Positions 37,291 through 51,540 of a stretch of DNA of 64,000 bases are shown here, in pieces; the first letter of the stretch is position 1, and each line of letters opens with the position of its first letter. The notes under the pieces were generated by a model. It was given only the letters and a program-made list of their open reading frames with translations. It was not told where the DNA came from and searched no databases. The stretch is from positions 1 to 64,000 of the forward strand of contig QPMI01000706.1 in assembly GCA_004431415.1 (NCBI GenBank), written 5' to 3'. A program made the position numbers and the translations under genes. The DNA comes from Cyanophora paradoxa CCMP329. Taxonomy: Eukaryota; Plantae; Glaucophyta.

Positions 37291-37923
37291 TTATGTAATT
37301 AAATTATTTTCTAATGCATATTTGACTAATTCAGCTCTATTACGAGTTTTTGTTTTAATAAATAAACGACTAACATATTTTTCTACAATTCGAATACTAA
37401 TATTTAAATTAGCTGCAATTTGTTTATTCAATAAACCTTCAACAACTAGATTTAAAACACTTTGTTCACGAGGTGTAAAATTTATTTTTAAATTATTAGA
37501 TTTTATTAATAAAAAAGAATTTTTCTGTTTCTTTTCTAATTTCAAACGAATTAATGTATGCCGATTTAAAACTCCTTCAATAATTACAACTAATTCTTCA
37601 ATATTAAAAGGTTTTGAAATATACGAATCACAACCGGTTTTATAACCAATAATTCGATCTTGTGTTAATCCCCTAGTAGTTAATAAAATTACTGGTAAAG
37701 TACAATAATCAGTATTTAAACGCAATTGATGTAAAAAGTTAAATCCACCCATACCCGGCATTATGATATCACAAATAATTAAATCAATTTTTTTACGCTT
37801 TAAAATATCCCATGCCTGGTCTACACAAGTACTTTCTTCTACGTGAAAACCAATCTCTGTTAAATATAATTTTAATGAATTACGAATACCAATATCAGTA
37901 TCTAGAATTAAAATATTTATCAT
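37291..37923 (-). CDS. ycf29: NarL/LuxR-family response regulator Ycf29
   Basis: Receiver domain (CDIIMPGMGG, YISKPF) plus LuxR HTH (TPREQSVL.LV.EGL.NKQIA). Confidence 0.92.
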   Translation of the reverse strand: MINILILDTDIGIRNSLKLYLTEIGFHVEESTCVDQAWDILKRKKIDLIICDIIMPGMGGFNFLHQLRLNTDYCTLPVILLTTRGLTQDRIIGYKTGCDSYISKPFNIEELVVIIEGVLNRHTLIRLKLEKKQKNSFLLIKSNNLKINFTPREQSVLNLVVEGLLNKQIAANLNISIRIVEKYVSRLFIKTKTRNRAELVKYALENNLIT

Positions 37924-38129
37924 GGGGAATTAAAATAAAAAATTTTAATATTTTTTGTTATTATAATTTATTATTTCTAATAATTTTATTAGAAATAGAT
38001 TAATATTATTAAAAATTTAATGGATTTTTTTAATTAAAAAATTAATATATTAATTTTTTATATAATCCTTCAAAAGATATAATACCTTTGGTAGCTAAAC
38101 TTTAAAAATAATAATTAAATGGAAAATAG

Positions 38130-38783
<654 letters not shown>

Positions 38784-38827
38784 TATTTTGTAATCATAAT
38801 TAAAACTGAAAGGAATAATTAATTCTT

Positions 38828-39310
38828 ATGTCTATTCTAAAAAAACCTGATTTAAATGATCCTGAATTACGCGCAAAATTAGCTAAGGGTATGGGTCATA
38901 ATTATTATGGTGAGCCTGCATGGCCTAATGATTTATTATATATTTTCCCGGTTGTAATTTTAGGTTCTATTGCTTGTTGTGGTGGTCTTGCAGTTCTAGA
39001 TCCCGCATTAATTGGAGAGCCAGCTGATCCATTTTCTACTCCATTAGAAATTTTACCAGAATGGTACTTTTTCCCAGTATTCCAAATTTTACGTGTAATT
39101 CCTAATAAATTATTAGGTGTTGTATTAATGGCAGCTGTACCAGCAGGTTTAATTGCCGTTCCATTTATCGAGAATGTAAATAAATTTCAAAATCCGTTCC
39201 GTCGTCCAGTTGCAAGTGCAGTATTTTTATTTGGTACATTTGTAGCTATCTGGTTAGGTATTGGTGCTACATTCCCTATTGATAAATCTTTAACATTAGG
39301 TTTATTCTAA
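38828..39310 (+). CDS. petD: Cytochrome b6f subunit IV
   Basis: [19 protein letters not shown]. Confidence 0.99.
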   Translation: MSILKKPDLNDPELRAKLAKGMGHNYYGEPAWPNDLLYIFPVVILGSIACCGGLAVLDPALIGEPADPFSTPLEILPEWYFFPVFQILRVIPNKLLGVVLMAAVPAGLIAVPFIENVNKFQNPFRRPVASAVFLFGTFVAIWLGIGATFPIDKSLTLGLF

Positions 39311-39364
39311 ATTAAAAAAAAAACAGAATTAACATAATAAAAATATGTTAATTCTGTTTTTTAA

Positions 39365-39757
39365 TTATTTAATACTTACTTTTGCTCCAGCTGCTTCAAG
39401 TTCTTTTTTAGCTGCTTCAACTTCGTCTTTAGAAGCCCCTTCTTTAACTACTTTAGGGGTAGCTTCCACTAAATCTTTTGCTTCTTTTAAACCAAGATTA
39501 GTTAAACTACGTACTACTTTTAAAACTGCAATCTTTTTATCAGCAGGTACTTCTTCTAATACTAAATCAAATGCAGATTTTTCTTCTGCTGCATCAGCGC
39601 CACCGCCTGCCGCAGGAGCCATCATAACCATACCCCCACCAACAGGTGCGGATGCATCAACACCAAATGCTTCTTCAATAGCTTTAACTAAGTCAGCTGC
39701 TTCAATTAAAGTTAAACCTTTTAATTGTTCTAAAATTTCATCAGTTTTGGAAGACAT
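39365..39757 (-). CDS. rpl12: 50S ribosomal protein L7/L12
   Basis: [21 protein letters not shown]. Confidence 0.98.
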   Translation of the reverse strand: MSSKTDEILEQLKGLTLIEAADLVKAIEEAFGVDASAPVGGGMVMMAPAAGGGADAAEEKSAFDLVLEEVPADKKIAVLKVVRSLTNLGLKEAKDLVEATPKVVKEGASKDEVEAAKKELEAAGAKVSIK

Positions 39758-39831
39758 AAATAGAATACTCCTAAATTAATTTGAAAGAAAAATATATATA
39801 TATACTCAAATAGTATTTAAAAAATTTATTT

Positions 39832-40545
39832 TTAAGTATTTTCAGTTAATTTTAAATCGCGTAGTAGATTATAATCAACTTCGATTGAAGGACTCATGGT
39901 AGAAGTAATATAAATACTCTTCCAATATTTTCCTTTAACACCAGAAGGACGATTACGATCAACTGCTTCTTGAACAGCTTTTAAATTTCCAAGTAAAGCT
40001 TCTTCTGAAAAATTTGCTTTTCCAAATAGAACGTGAACAATTCCAGTTCTATCATTTCTAAATTCAAGTTTTCCAGCTTTAAAATCATTAATTGCTTGAG
40101 CTAAATCAAACGTAACAGTACCACCTTTTGGAGAAGGCATTAGTCCTCTTGGACCTAATACACGTCCTAATTTTGCCACTTGTGGCATCATATCTGGTGT
40201 AGCAATTAAACAATCAAAGTCTAAACGTCCGTTTTGAATTTCATCAATTAATTCTTCAGCACCAACAAGATCAGCACCGGCAGTAGAGGCTTCATTAATT
40301 TTTTCTCCTCGTGTAATTACTGCTACTCTTAAAGTTTGACCAGTTCCATTTGGAAGAGTTACTGTTGCACGTAATTGTTGATCATTATACTTTGGATCGA
40401 TTCCTAAACGGCAATGTACTTCAACCGTTTCAATAAATTTTGCTGTTGAAATTTGTTTTAAAAGTTGAATTGCTTCTAATGGTTCATATAGTTGTTCTTC
40501 AACTTTTCCAACCAATTCTTGCATTCTACGTGATCTTTTTTTCAT
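39832..40545 (-). CDS. rpl1: 50S ribosomal protein L1
   Basis: [19 protein letters not shown]. Confidence 0.99.
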   Translation of the reverse strand: MKKRSRRMQELVGKVEEQLYEPLEAIQLLKQISTAKFIETVEVHCRLGIDPKYNDQQLRATVTLPNGTGQTLRVAVITRGEKINEASTAGADLVGAEELIDEIQNGRLDFDCLIATPDMMPQVAKLGRVLGPRGLMPSPKGGTVTFDLAQAINDFKAGKLEFRNDRTGIVHVLFGKANFSEEALLGNLKAVQEAVDRNRPSGVKGKYWKSIYITSTMSPSIEVDYNLLRDLKLTENT

Positions 40546-40593
40546 TTGGTTTCTCCAAGAGATTAAAACAAAAATTTAATATTTAAGTGGTTA

Positions 40594-41019
40594 TTAATCA
40601 GTAATGGTAATACCCATATTTCGTGCAGTACCTTCTACGATTCGGCTTGCTGCTTCAAGATTTTGAGTATTTAAATCCGGAAATTTGACCTTAGCAATTT
40701 GTTCTAATTGAGCTTTTGTTATAGAACCTACTTTTTTACGATTAGGTTCACCAGATCCTTTTTCTACACTTGCTGCTTTAGCAATTAATACAGAAGCAGG
40801 AGGTGTTTTTAAAACAAAGCTATAACTTCTATCATCATATACTGTAATTTCGGCCGGTATAACTAAGCCACCTTTATCAGCAGTTTTAGCATTATATTCT
40901 TTACAAAAATTAACACTACTAACCCCATATGGTCCTAATGCTGGACCTACTGGAGGTGCTGGTGTTGCTTTTCCTGCTGGTAAAACGATCTTAATTATGG
41001 CGATTACTTTTTTTGCCAT
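40594..41019 (-). CDS. rpl11: 50S ribosomal protein L11
   Basis: [21 protein letters not shown]. Confidence 0.99.
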   Translation of the reverse strand: MAKKVIAIIKIVLPAGKATPAPPVGPALGPYGVSSVNFCKEYNAKTADKGGLVIPAEITVYDDRSYSFVLKTPPASVLIAKAASVEKGSGEPNRKKVGSITKAQLEQIAKVKFPDLNTQNLEAASRIVEGTARNMGITITD

Positions 41020-41076
41020 ATTTTTTTTTAATTGAAATATTTAAAGAATTATATGAAGTATTTATATACTCTCATA

Positions 41077-41151
41077 AAAAAGCTATATATCAAATTCATG
41101 ATATATATATATATATATATCATATATCATAGATTTGATATATAGCTTTTT
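41077..41151. repeat. Inverted repeat with (TA)n core between orf182 and rpl11
   Basis: AAAAAGCTATATATCAAAT ... ATTTGATATATAGCTTTTT (19-bp arms) around an AT microsatellite. Confidence 0.85.
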
Positions 41152-41196
41152 CATATAAATATTCTGTAATTTAATTTTCATTTATTCTAATCTTTA

Positions 41197-41745
41197 TTAT
41201 TTTTTTATTCGGGATTTTAACCACATTAAAAAAATTAAAATACCTTTTTCAAAATTAGAATAAAGTAAAAATATTAATTTAAGAAAATAAATTAAACTAT
41301 TAAAAAAGAAAATTTCTATCCATTCAAATATAGGTTGAAGAGTAAGTTCTAATAAAACTAATAAATAGTTCATAAAATGCAAAAAAATGGCAAATATTAT
41401 ATAAATCCAATAAATAGCTTTATATAATAAATTAACTAAAGAAATTAAAATTTTAAAAATAAAATTAAAAATTCCTGTTAAAATTGGTGCAGTAATATAT
41501 TTACTAATCAAATCAAGAACAAATAAAATAAAAATTGAAAGAAGAGTAAATCTTAGTAATAATCGGGACAAATTTAAAATTTGTTTTTTTGAAACAACAA
41601 CTTTTTTTAGGAAATGATAATAGCTTATTATCCATACATTTTTTTTACTAATCACTAATTTTATTGTTAAAATAAAAATTTTTATTTCTTCGAGAAGAAC
41701 TAAATATAATTGTTTAATCTGATCTTTTAAATTTGGTTTCCCCAT
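41197..41745 (-). CDS. Hydrophobic 182-aa ORF; putative divergent SecE with terminal extensions
   Basis: Long open frame in the trnW-[secE]-rpl11 position; residues 45-91 (FLKKVVVSKKQILNLS...FILFVLDLISKYITAPILTG) resemble the SecE core. Confidence 0.6.
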   Translation of the reverse strand: MGKPNLKDQIKQLYLVLLEEIKIFILTIKLVISKKNVWIISYYHFLKKVVVSKKQILNLSRLLLRFTLLSIFILFVLDLISKYITAPILTGIFNFIFKILISLVNLLYKAIYWIYIIFAIFLHFMNYLLVLLELTLQPIFEWIEIFFFNSLIYFLKLIFLLYSNFEKGILIFLMWLKSRIKK

Positions 41746-41854
41746 AAGTTTTAATATTTAAAAATGTTATTAATTTAATTATTTATAATAATTGAAAAAT
41801 AAAATAAAAGCAACTTTTTAATAGAAATCTTCTAAGTTTTTTTTTAAGTAAATA

Positions 41855-41927
41855 CGCGCCCTGAAGGACTTGAACCCTCGACATCAGGTTTTGGAGACCT
41901 GCGTTCTACCAACTGAACTAAAAGCGC
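41855..41927 (-). tRNA. trnW: tRNA-Trp(CCA)
   Basis: CAGGT-CTCCAAA-ACCTG. Confidence 0.96.
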
Positions 41928-42036
41928 ATTGAAAACTTTAAATAATAAAAATAAATTTTTGTTATAAATATATATATAACATGTTTTAAATAAAAATAGA
42001 AATTTTTACAAATTTCTATTTTTATTATTAAAAAAT

Positions 42037-42240
42037 TTAAGCTGTTGCTGCAGTCCAACTTACTTGAACATTCTCTAATAAAAGAGAAGAATTATAAATT
42101 TGGATAATAATTAATAAAAATACAAAAAATAATAACATAAATACAGCCATTAATGGGGTTGTTCCCCAACCTGGAGCTACTTTCCCATACTCAGAATTTA
42201 AAGGTCTAAGAATATTTCCTAATGCAGTTCTTTGTGGCAT
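42037..42240 (-). CDS. psbH: Photosystem II protein H
   Basis: [29 protein letters not shown]; ATG at 42240 preferred over the upstream GTG. Confidence 0.96.
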   Translation of the reverse strand: MPQRTALGNILRPLNSEYGKVAPGWGTTPLMAVFMLLFFVFLLIIIQIYNSSLLLENVQVSWTAATA

Positions 42241-42423
42241 AGTTAACTTCACTAAAAATTAATTAAATTTATAATATTAAATATATAGGTTCTTTTATCA
42301 AAAAAGAACGAAAAAATTTAATTTCATCAAAAAAAGCTTATTTTTTATTGTTTAAACTCAAAAAATAGAAAAAATTCTTCTTTACTAATAATAAATTATA
42401 ATTTTCTAAAAAACATAAACATT

Positions 42424-43296
42424 ATGAACTTCAAATTAAAAAATTTACGTCTCTCCAGATTAAATCAAGAAAAATCCTCTTCAGTAACTTCTTTTTTTTT
42501 CATTCAAGAACTTTTTGTCTTAGTGAAAAGGTTATTTATTCAATTAAAACGTCGTCCTATAACATTAATTTCCGGTATTTTACAACCCTTATTATGGTTA
42601 ATTTTATTTGGAGCATTATTTCAAAAAGCCCCATTTGCAATTTCAAATTTAGAAAATAATTATCTTCAATTTTTTTATCCTGGAATTTTGGTCTTTACAG
42701 CATTTGCTGGTTCTTTAAATTCAAGTTTGCCATTGATTTTTGATAGAGAATTTGGATTTTTAAATCGTTTATTAGTCGCGCCACTTAATTCCCGTTTTTC
42801 AATTTTATTTTCTTCTGCTTTTTTTATTAGTGTTCTTAGTTTTATTCAAGTTTTTTTTATTATGTTATTTGGCGTATTCTTAGGAATACAATTACCTCCA
42901 TTTAAAAGTCTAATAGTTAGTTTCTTTTTTCTTTTTTTATTAATAATTGGTATAACTACTTTTAGTATTTTATTAGCTTTACTTTTACCAACCCATATTG
43001 AATTAATTGCTGTTATTTTTGTATTGAATTTACCATTATTATTTTCAAGTACAGCTTTAGCTCCTTTAGATTTTATGCCAAGCTGGTTACAAATAATTAG
43101 TTGTTTAAATCCTTTAACTTATACAATAGAACCAATTCGTTTTTTATATTCGCATTCAAGTTGGCTTTTTTCTTCTTCCTTATTTGAGTTGTCTTTCTTT
43201 TCTATTAATATAGGACAAAGTTTAATAATATTAATTATTTTTGATTTAGTCGGTTTTCTTTTATTTAAAAAGATTCTTAAATCAATTTTCATTTAA
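42424..43296 (+). CDS. ycf38: ABC-2 type permease Ycf38
   Basis: QPLLWLILFG, FDREFGFLNRLLVAP, MPSWLQ....NPLTY. Confidence 0.9.
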   Translation: MNFKLKNLRLSRLNQEKSSSVTSFFFIQELFVLVKRLFIQLKRRPITLISGILQPLLWLILFGALFQKAPFAISNLENNYLQFFYPGILVFTAFAGSLNSSLPLIFDREFGFLNRLLVAPLNSRFSILFSSAFFISVLSFIQVFFIMLFGVFLGIQLPPFKSLIVSFFFLFLLIIGITTFSILLALLLPTHIELIAVIFVLNLPLLFSSTALAPLDFMPSWLQIISCLNPLTYTIEPIRFLYSHSSWLFSSSLFELSFFSINIGQSLIILIIFDLVGFLLFKKILKSIFI

Positions 43297-43472
43297 GAAA
43301 TATTAAATTTCTACTAAATTTTTCTTTATTCCGTTTTGAAGTATGTTATCTATTAATATTCTTCAGTTAAAATATAAAAAAAGAAAATCATTTTTTAAAT
43401 CTTTTTCAGTCTTTCGAATGTTAGAAAGTAAAAAATATTATATATTATTGTTTTTTCGAAGGAGTTTAGTCG

Positions 43473-45002
43473 ATGGGACTACCCTGGTACCGTGTACATA
43501 CGGTTGTACTTAATGACCCTGGTCGTTTAATTGCTGTACATTTAATGCATACTGCACTTGTTGCAGGTTGGGCTGGCTCAATGGCCTTATATGAAATTGC
43601 TGTTTTTGATCCTTCTGATCCTGTATTAAATCCAATGTGGCGTCAAGGTATGTTTGTATTACCTTTTATGGTTCGCCTTGGTATTACAAATTCTTGGGGC
43701 GGTTGGACTATTAATGGTGAAAACGTTACTGATCCAGGATTCTGGAGTTTTGAAGGCGTAGCAGCTGCTCATATTGGCTTATCCGGTTTACTTTTCTTAG
43801 CAGCTATTTGGCACTGGGTATATTGGGATCTTGAATTATTCCGCGATCCACGTACTGGTGAACCAGCATTAGATTTACCTAAAATGTTTGGTATCCATTT
43901 ATTTTTATCTGGTTTACTTTGTTTTGGATTTGGTGCTTTCCACTTAACTGGTTTATTTGGACCAGGGATGTGGGTTTCTGATGCATATAGTATAACTGGA
44001 AGAGTTCAACCAGTTGCTCCTGCATGGGGACCAGAAGGATTTAATCCTTTTAACCCAGGTGGTGTTGTTTCTCATCATATCGCTGCTGGTATTGTTGGTA
44101 TTTTAGCTGGTTTATTCCATCTAAGTGTTCGTCCACCACAACGTTTATATAAAGCACTACGTATGGGTAATATTGAAACAGTATTATCTAGTAGTATTTC
44201 TGCAGTATTCTTTGCTGCTTTCATTGTTGCTGGTACTATGTGGTATGGTAGTGCAGCTACTCCAGTGGAATTATTTGGTCCTACCCGTTATCAATGGGAT
44301 CAGGAATACTTCCATCAAGAGATGGAACGTCGTGTTCAAAAAGATGTAGCAGCAGGAGCTTCTTTATCTGAAGCTTGGAATCGTATTCCTGCAAAACTAG
44401 CTTTCTATGATTATATTGGTAACAACCCAGCTAAAGGTGGTCTTTTCCGTGCTGGTCCAATGAACAAAGGTGATGGTATTGCAGAATCTTGGTTAGGACA
44501 TGCTACATTTAAAGATAAAGAAGGTCGTGAACTAACTGTACGTCGTATGCCTACTTTCTTTGAAACATTCCCAGTTGTTTTAATTGACAAAGATGGCGTT
44601 CTACGTGCGGATATCCCATTCCGTCGTGCTGAATCTAAGTATAGTATCGAACAAATGGGTGTTACTGTTAGTTTTTATGGTGGAAAATTAGATGGTCAAA
44701 CTTTCACTGATGCACCTACTGTTAAAAAATATGCACGTAAAGCGCAATTAGGTGAAGCTTTTGAATTTGATCGTGAAACTTTAAAATCTGACGGTGTATT
44801 CCGTAGTAGCGCTCGTGGTTGGTTTACTTTTGGTCATGCAAGTTTTGCATTAATTTTCTTCTTTGGTCATCTTTGGCATGGCGGTCGTACCTTATTCCGT
44901 GATGTATTTGCGGGTATTGGTGAAGAAGTTACTGAACAAGTAGAATTCGGTGCATTCCAAAAAGTAGGTGATAAAACTACTCGTAAACAAGAGGCAGTAT
45001 AA
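43473..45002 (+). CDS. psbB: Photosystem II CP47
   Basis: [18 protein letters not shown]. Confidence 0.99.
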   Translation: MGLPWYRVHTVVLNDPGRLIAVHLMHTALVAGWAGSMALYEIAVFDPSDPVLNPMWRQGMFVLPFMVRLGITNSWGGWTINGENVTDPGFWSFEGVAAAHIGLSGLLFLAAIWHWVYWDLELFRDPRTGEPALDLPKMFGIHLFLSGLLCFGFGAFHLTGLFGPGMWVSDAYSITGRVQPVAPAWGPEGFNPFNPGGVVSHHIAAGIVGILAGLFHLSVRPPQRLYKALRMGNIETVLSSSISAVFFAAFIVAGTMWYGSAATPVELFGPTRYQWDQEYFHQEMERRVQKDVAAGASLSEAWNRIPAKLAFYDYIGNNPAKGGLFRAGPMNKGDGIAESWLGHATFKDKEGRELTVRRMPTFFETFPVVLIDKDGVLRADIPFRRAESKYSIEQMGVTVSFYGGKLDGQTFTDAPTVKKYARKAQLGEAFEFDRETLKSDGVFRSSARGWFTFGHASFALIFFFGHLWHGGRTLFRDVFAGIGEEVTEQVEFGAFQKVGDKTTRKQEAV

Positions 45003-45166
45003 TTAAAATTCAGGATTTTATATAAATAAATTAATCGAAAAAAAGGATAGCTCTATATCTTTAATATTAGAGATATTTATATATTTTTCGAATAAGATTA
45101 TCAAAATAAAATCTTGAAATATTTTTCAATCTTTTGTTTTTACATTATAAACTTTAGGATGTTCAT

Positions 45167-45262
45167 ATGGAAGCATTAGTTTACACTTTCTTATTAGTGA
45201 CAACTCTCGGAATTCTATTCTTTTCAATTATTTTCCGTGACCCACCTCGTATTAATCAATAA
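45167..45262 (+). CDS. psbT: Photosystem II protein T
   Basis: [31 protein letters not shown]. Confidence 0.97.
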   Translation: MEALVYTFLLVTTLGILFFSIIFRDPPRINQ

Positions 45263-45279
45263 TTTTATATTTTCTCAAT

Positions 45280-45317
45280 AAAAAAGTATTCTCTAAATTT
45301 TTAGAGAATACTTTTTT
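45280..45317. terminator. Bidirectional hairpin between convergent psbT and psbN
   Basis: AAAAAAGTATTCTCTAAA-TT-TTTAGAGAATACTTTTTT. Confidence 0.8.
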
Positions 45318-45319
45318 TT

Positions 45320-45451
45320 TTAATCTTCGTGTTCTTCAAATGGATCTCTTAAGTTTTTTGAAGGAGGACCAAAAGCCGTATAAATAGAGTAACCGGTAAT
45401 TCCAAGTAGTGCTGCAGAAATAAAAATACTTAAAAAAGTTGAAATTTCCAT
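45320..45451 (-). CDS. psbN: PsbN
   Basis: [10 protein letters not shown]...[25 protein letters not shown]. Confidence 0.97.
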   Translation of the reverse strand: MEISTFLSIFISAALLGITGYSIYTAFGPPSKNLRDPFEEHED

Positions 45452-45507
45452 GATTTTAATGTTAATTTTTTTTTATTATAATAAAAATTAATAATTTTTT
45501 TATTTTG

Positions 45508-45563
45508 TATAAATCTATAACGATGATTATATATATATATATAATCATCGTTATAGATTTATA
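45508..45563. repeat. Perfect 56-bp palindrome with (TA)n centre between divergent psbN and recO-like gene
   Basis: TATAAATCTATAACGATGATTATATATATATATATAATCATCGTTATAGATTTATA is its own reverse complement. Confidence 0.95.
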
Positions 45564-45599
45564 ATATAATCATATTATTTTTTTTGGATTGTTTTAAAT

Positions 45600-46421
45600 A
45601 TGTTATTTGCAAGTAATGCCATTATTTTAAAAATAAAGCAGCGAAACAGTAATAGTTATATATATACTTTATATACGTACGAAGAAGGTTTAAAAGAAGT
45701 AATTATTTTTACAAATCAAAAAATTTTATGTTCGAATTTAAAATTATATCGTATTTATTTTGTTCTTTTTAAGAAAGGAGCTCCTTGGGATCAAATTCAA
45801 CGCTTGTACCCTTTATTTTTTTATCCAAAAATTGAACAAAACCCTTTAAAAATGATTGTTTTAGAGTATTTAAGTGAATTGATTATTTATCAATTATATA
45901 GTCCAGAAAATTGTACTTTTATTTATTTTATTTTTCATTATACGTTGTTTCAATTAAATATTTGTTCAAACAATATGATATTGCCAATTTTTATTAGTTC
46001 GTTATATTCGTTACTTAAATTTTTAGGTTGGGAACCTGAATTATCTAATTGTGTTTATACGGGAGAAAGTTTAAACAGTGAAAACTCTAATTTGACTGAC
46101 TCAAAGATTGGATTTAGTGCGTCTTATGGTGGAATAGTAAAGTTGAATGTCTTACCTAAACAAGAATATATTGGTTTTTTTAATAAAGACGAATTATCAT
46201 TTTTACAAATGATAATTAATGAATCTATTTGGGAGTGGAAATTTAAAATTTCCTCCGAGGAATGTAATAAAATGTTAATACACATTGAATTTTTATTATG
46301 TCAATTTATTGAATATCAAATACGGAAAAGAATATTTTCTTCAATTAAATTAAATAAAATTTTTTGCGAATCAATCGAATATTGGGAAAGATTAAATGAT
46401 AAGAAAAGTGATTTTAATTAA
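45600..46421 (+). CDS. recO: Divergent RecO-like DNA repair protein
   Basis: N-terminal OB-fold-like AIILK......S.IYTLYT.EEGL and C-terminal LL..LGW.PEL..C..TG...FS.SYGG.V, both RecO-like; length typical of RecO. Confidence 0.7.
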   Translation: MLFASNAIILKIKQRNSNSYIYTLYTYEEGLKEVIIFTNQKILCSNLKLYRIYFVLFKKGAPWDQIQRLYPLFFYPKIEQNPLKMIVLEYLSELIIYQLYSPENCTFIYFIFHYTLFQLNICSNNMILPIFISSLYSLLKFLGWEPELSNCVYTGESLNSENSNLTDSKIGFSASYGGIVKLNVLPKQEYIGFFNKDELSFLQMIINESIWEWKFKISSEECNKMLIHIEFLLCQFIEYQIRKRIFSSIKLNKIFCESIEYWERLNDKKSDFN

Positions 46422-46556
46422 AAAACTTTTTATTCATGTTTCCTTTTATCTTTCATTTAGCTTACTTTTAAGACTTCGTTATTTTACATCTATATTTGTA
46501 TTTTTACAGATATAATTAAATAGTTTATAATATAAATAAAAAATTATTAAAAAAAA

Positions 46557-47855
46557 ATGAATATTATTGTTGTTGGTTTAAGCCATAAAACAGCACCTGT
46601 AGATTTTAGAGAAAAATTAAGTATTCCTAAAGTTCGTATTGGGGAAGCTATTCGTGAATTATGTAATTATCCTCATATTGAAGAAGTAGCAATTTTAAGC
46701 ACTTGTAATAGACTTGAAATCTACCTATTAACTTCTGATACGTATCAAGGTATACGTGAAGCTACTCAATTTTTAGCTGATTCTAGTGATTTATCTTTAC
46801 CTGAATTGCGCCAACATTTATTTATTTTATTACATCAAGATGCTGTAATGCATTTAATGCGTGTAACTGCCGGCTTGGATAGTTTAATTATTGGAGAAGG
46901 TCAAATTTTATCTCAAGTAAAACAGTGTTATCAACTTGGTCAACAATATCAAGGTATTGGTCCTGTTTTAAATAATATTTTTAAACAAGCTATTTCAGCA
47001 GGAAAAAGAGTTCGAACCGAAACACAAATTAGTACTGGAGCTGTATCAATTAGTTCTGCAGCAGTAGAATTAGCTCAAATTAAAAAGCAAGATTTACGAA
47101 CAGCTAATATTACAATTTTAGGTGCAGGCAAAATGTCTCGCTTATTAGTTCAACATCTTTTATCTAAACGTGTAAAAGATATTAATATTGTTAATCGTTC
47201 TGTAGAAAGAGCAAAATTATTAGTAGATCAATTTAAAGAAGCAAATATTAATATTTATAATTTATCAGAATTAAAAACAATTTTACAAAATTCAGATATT
47301 GTTTTTACTGGAACGAGTTCTCAAGAACCAATAATCACACCAGAATTAATAAACGATTGCGATAATCTTCCTTCTGAATTAATGCTTTTTGATATTGCTG
47401 TTCCTCGAAATGTTGATCCAAATGTTAGTCAATTTGACAATATTAAAGTTTTTAATGTAGATGATTTAAAAGTAGTGGTTTCACAAAATCAACAAACCCG
47501 ACGTAAAATGGCAAAAGCAGCGGAAATTTTATTAGAAGAAGAATTATCTGCATTTAATATTTGGTGGGGTTCATTAGAAGCAATTCCAACTATTAATAAA
47601 TTACGTGAAAAAGCAGAAATTATTCGAGTTAAAGAACTTGAAAAAGCTATATCACGTTTAGGTAATGAATTTGTATCTGATCACCAAGAAATTGTTGAAT
47701 CTTTAACACGTGGAATTGTAAATAAAATTTTACATGATCCAATGGTTCAATTACGTGCTCAACAAGATATTGAAATTAGAGGACGAGCTTTAAAAATCTT
47801 ACAAACTCTATTTAATTTAGATACCATAAAAAATGGGATGTCCCCTACTCTTTAA
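46557..47855 (+). CDS. hemA: Glutamyl-tRNA reductase
   Basis: [39 protein letters not shown]. Confidence 0.98.
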   Translation: MNIIVVGLSHKTAPVDFREKLSIPKVRIGEAIRELCNYPHIEEVAILSTCNRLEIYLLTSDTYQGIREATQFLADSSDLSLPELRQHLFILLHQDAVMHLMRVTAGLDSLIIGEGQILSQVKQCYQLGQQYQGIGPVLNNIFKQAISAGKRVRTETQISTGAVSISSAAVELAQIKKQDLRTANITILGAGKMSRLLVQHLLSKRVKDINIVNRSVERAKLLVDQFKEANINIYNLSELKTILQNSDIVFTGTSSQEPIITPELINDCDNLPSELMLFDIAVPRNVDPNVSQFDNIKVFNVDDLKVVVSQNQQTRRKMAKAAEILLEEELSAFNIWWGSLEAIPTINKLREKAEIIRVKELEKAISRLGNEFVSDHQEIVESLTRGIVNKILHDPMVQLRAQQDIEIRGRALKILQTLFNLDTIKNGMSPTL

Positions 47856-47904
47856 AAAAAGAATAGTAATGAGGCTGTATACAATCTCATTACTATTCTT
47901 TTTT
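47855..47904. terminator. Hairpin after hemA (convergent with rpl20)
   Basis: AAAAAAGAATAGTAATGAG...CTCATTACTATTCTTTTTT. Confidence 0.8.
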
Positions 47905-47997
47905 AATATAAATCACCTTAAATTTTATTTATGGTATTTTGCTTATTTATTTTTCTAGATAGGATATTGATTAGCTTTAATTAATAAATTAACTTTA

Positions 47998-48342
47998 TTA
48001 AGGAATGGTTTTTAAAATTTCCATAAATGCATCTTTATCATAAATCGCTAATTGAGAAAGACTTTTTCTATTTAAAATAATATTAAGTTTCTTTAAACTT
48101 CCCATTAATTTACTATAGGTCATACCTTCTAAACGTGCGGAAGCATTAATACGTGCAATCCATAAAGCACGAAAATCACGTTTACGTTTATTACGATCAT
48201 TATAAGCATAACGTAACGCTTTCATTACTTGTTGGTTTGCAACACGGAATAAACGAGAATGAGCACCTCTAAATCCACTAGCTAATTTTAAAATTTTCTT
48301 ACGACGTTTTCGGGCAACATTCCCACGTTTTACTCGAGTCAT
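47998..48342 (-). CDS. rpl20: 50S ribosomal protein L20
   Basis: [21 protein letters not shown]. Confidence 0.99.
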   Translation of the reverse strand: MTRVKRGNVARKRRKKILKLASGFRGAHSRLFRVANQQVMKALRYAYNDRNKRKRDFRALWIARINASARLEGMTYSKLMGSLKKLNIILNRKSLSQLAIYDKDAFMEILKTIP

Positions 48343-48387
48343 TTTTTAGAAATTCCTTTTTTTTTATTTAAACTTAAAAAATAAAAT

Positions 48388-48585
48388 TTATAAATATGGT
48401 AACATTAAATAAATTTTTTTAGTATCACCTGGGCTTGCGATCACTACTTGTGATAATTGACGTTTTCTATTTGTGCTTTTTTTCTGTAATAAGTGACTTC
48501 GAAACGCTTTACGACGACTAATTTTTTTATTACCTACTGCTTTATAACGTTTAGCTGCTGCTTTACGTGTTTTTAATTTATACAT
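48388..48585 (-). CDS. rpl35: 50S ribosomal protein L35
   Basis: [12 protein letters not shown]...[13 protein letters not shown]. Confidence 0.97.
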   Translation of the reverse strand: MYKLKTRKAAAKRYKAVGNKKISRRKAFRSHLLQKKSTNRKRQLSQVVIASPGDTKKIYLMLPYL

Positions 48586-48858
48586 GAATTTTTCTGTGAA
48601 AATAAATTATTATTTAATAAACTATATTATAATATTCTTTTTTTAAAAACTGAAAAGAAGTTTAATTATAAGAAAATAATTTTTTCTTTTAGTATACTTT
48701 TTATTTCTTAATAAAACTTATTTTTTACTAATAAATATTTACCTTTCTATGTATTAATATAGTAAAAATTTTAAAAATTTAGTTTTTAAATCATTTTTAA
48801 AACGGAAGCAATAAAAAATTTTTTGAATTTTAAAAATTAATATCATTACAAATAATAA

Positions 48859-51540
<2,682 letters not shown>

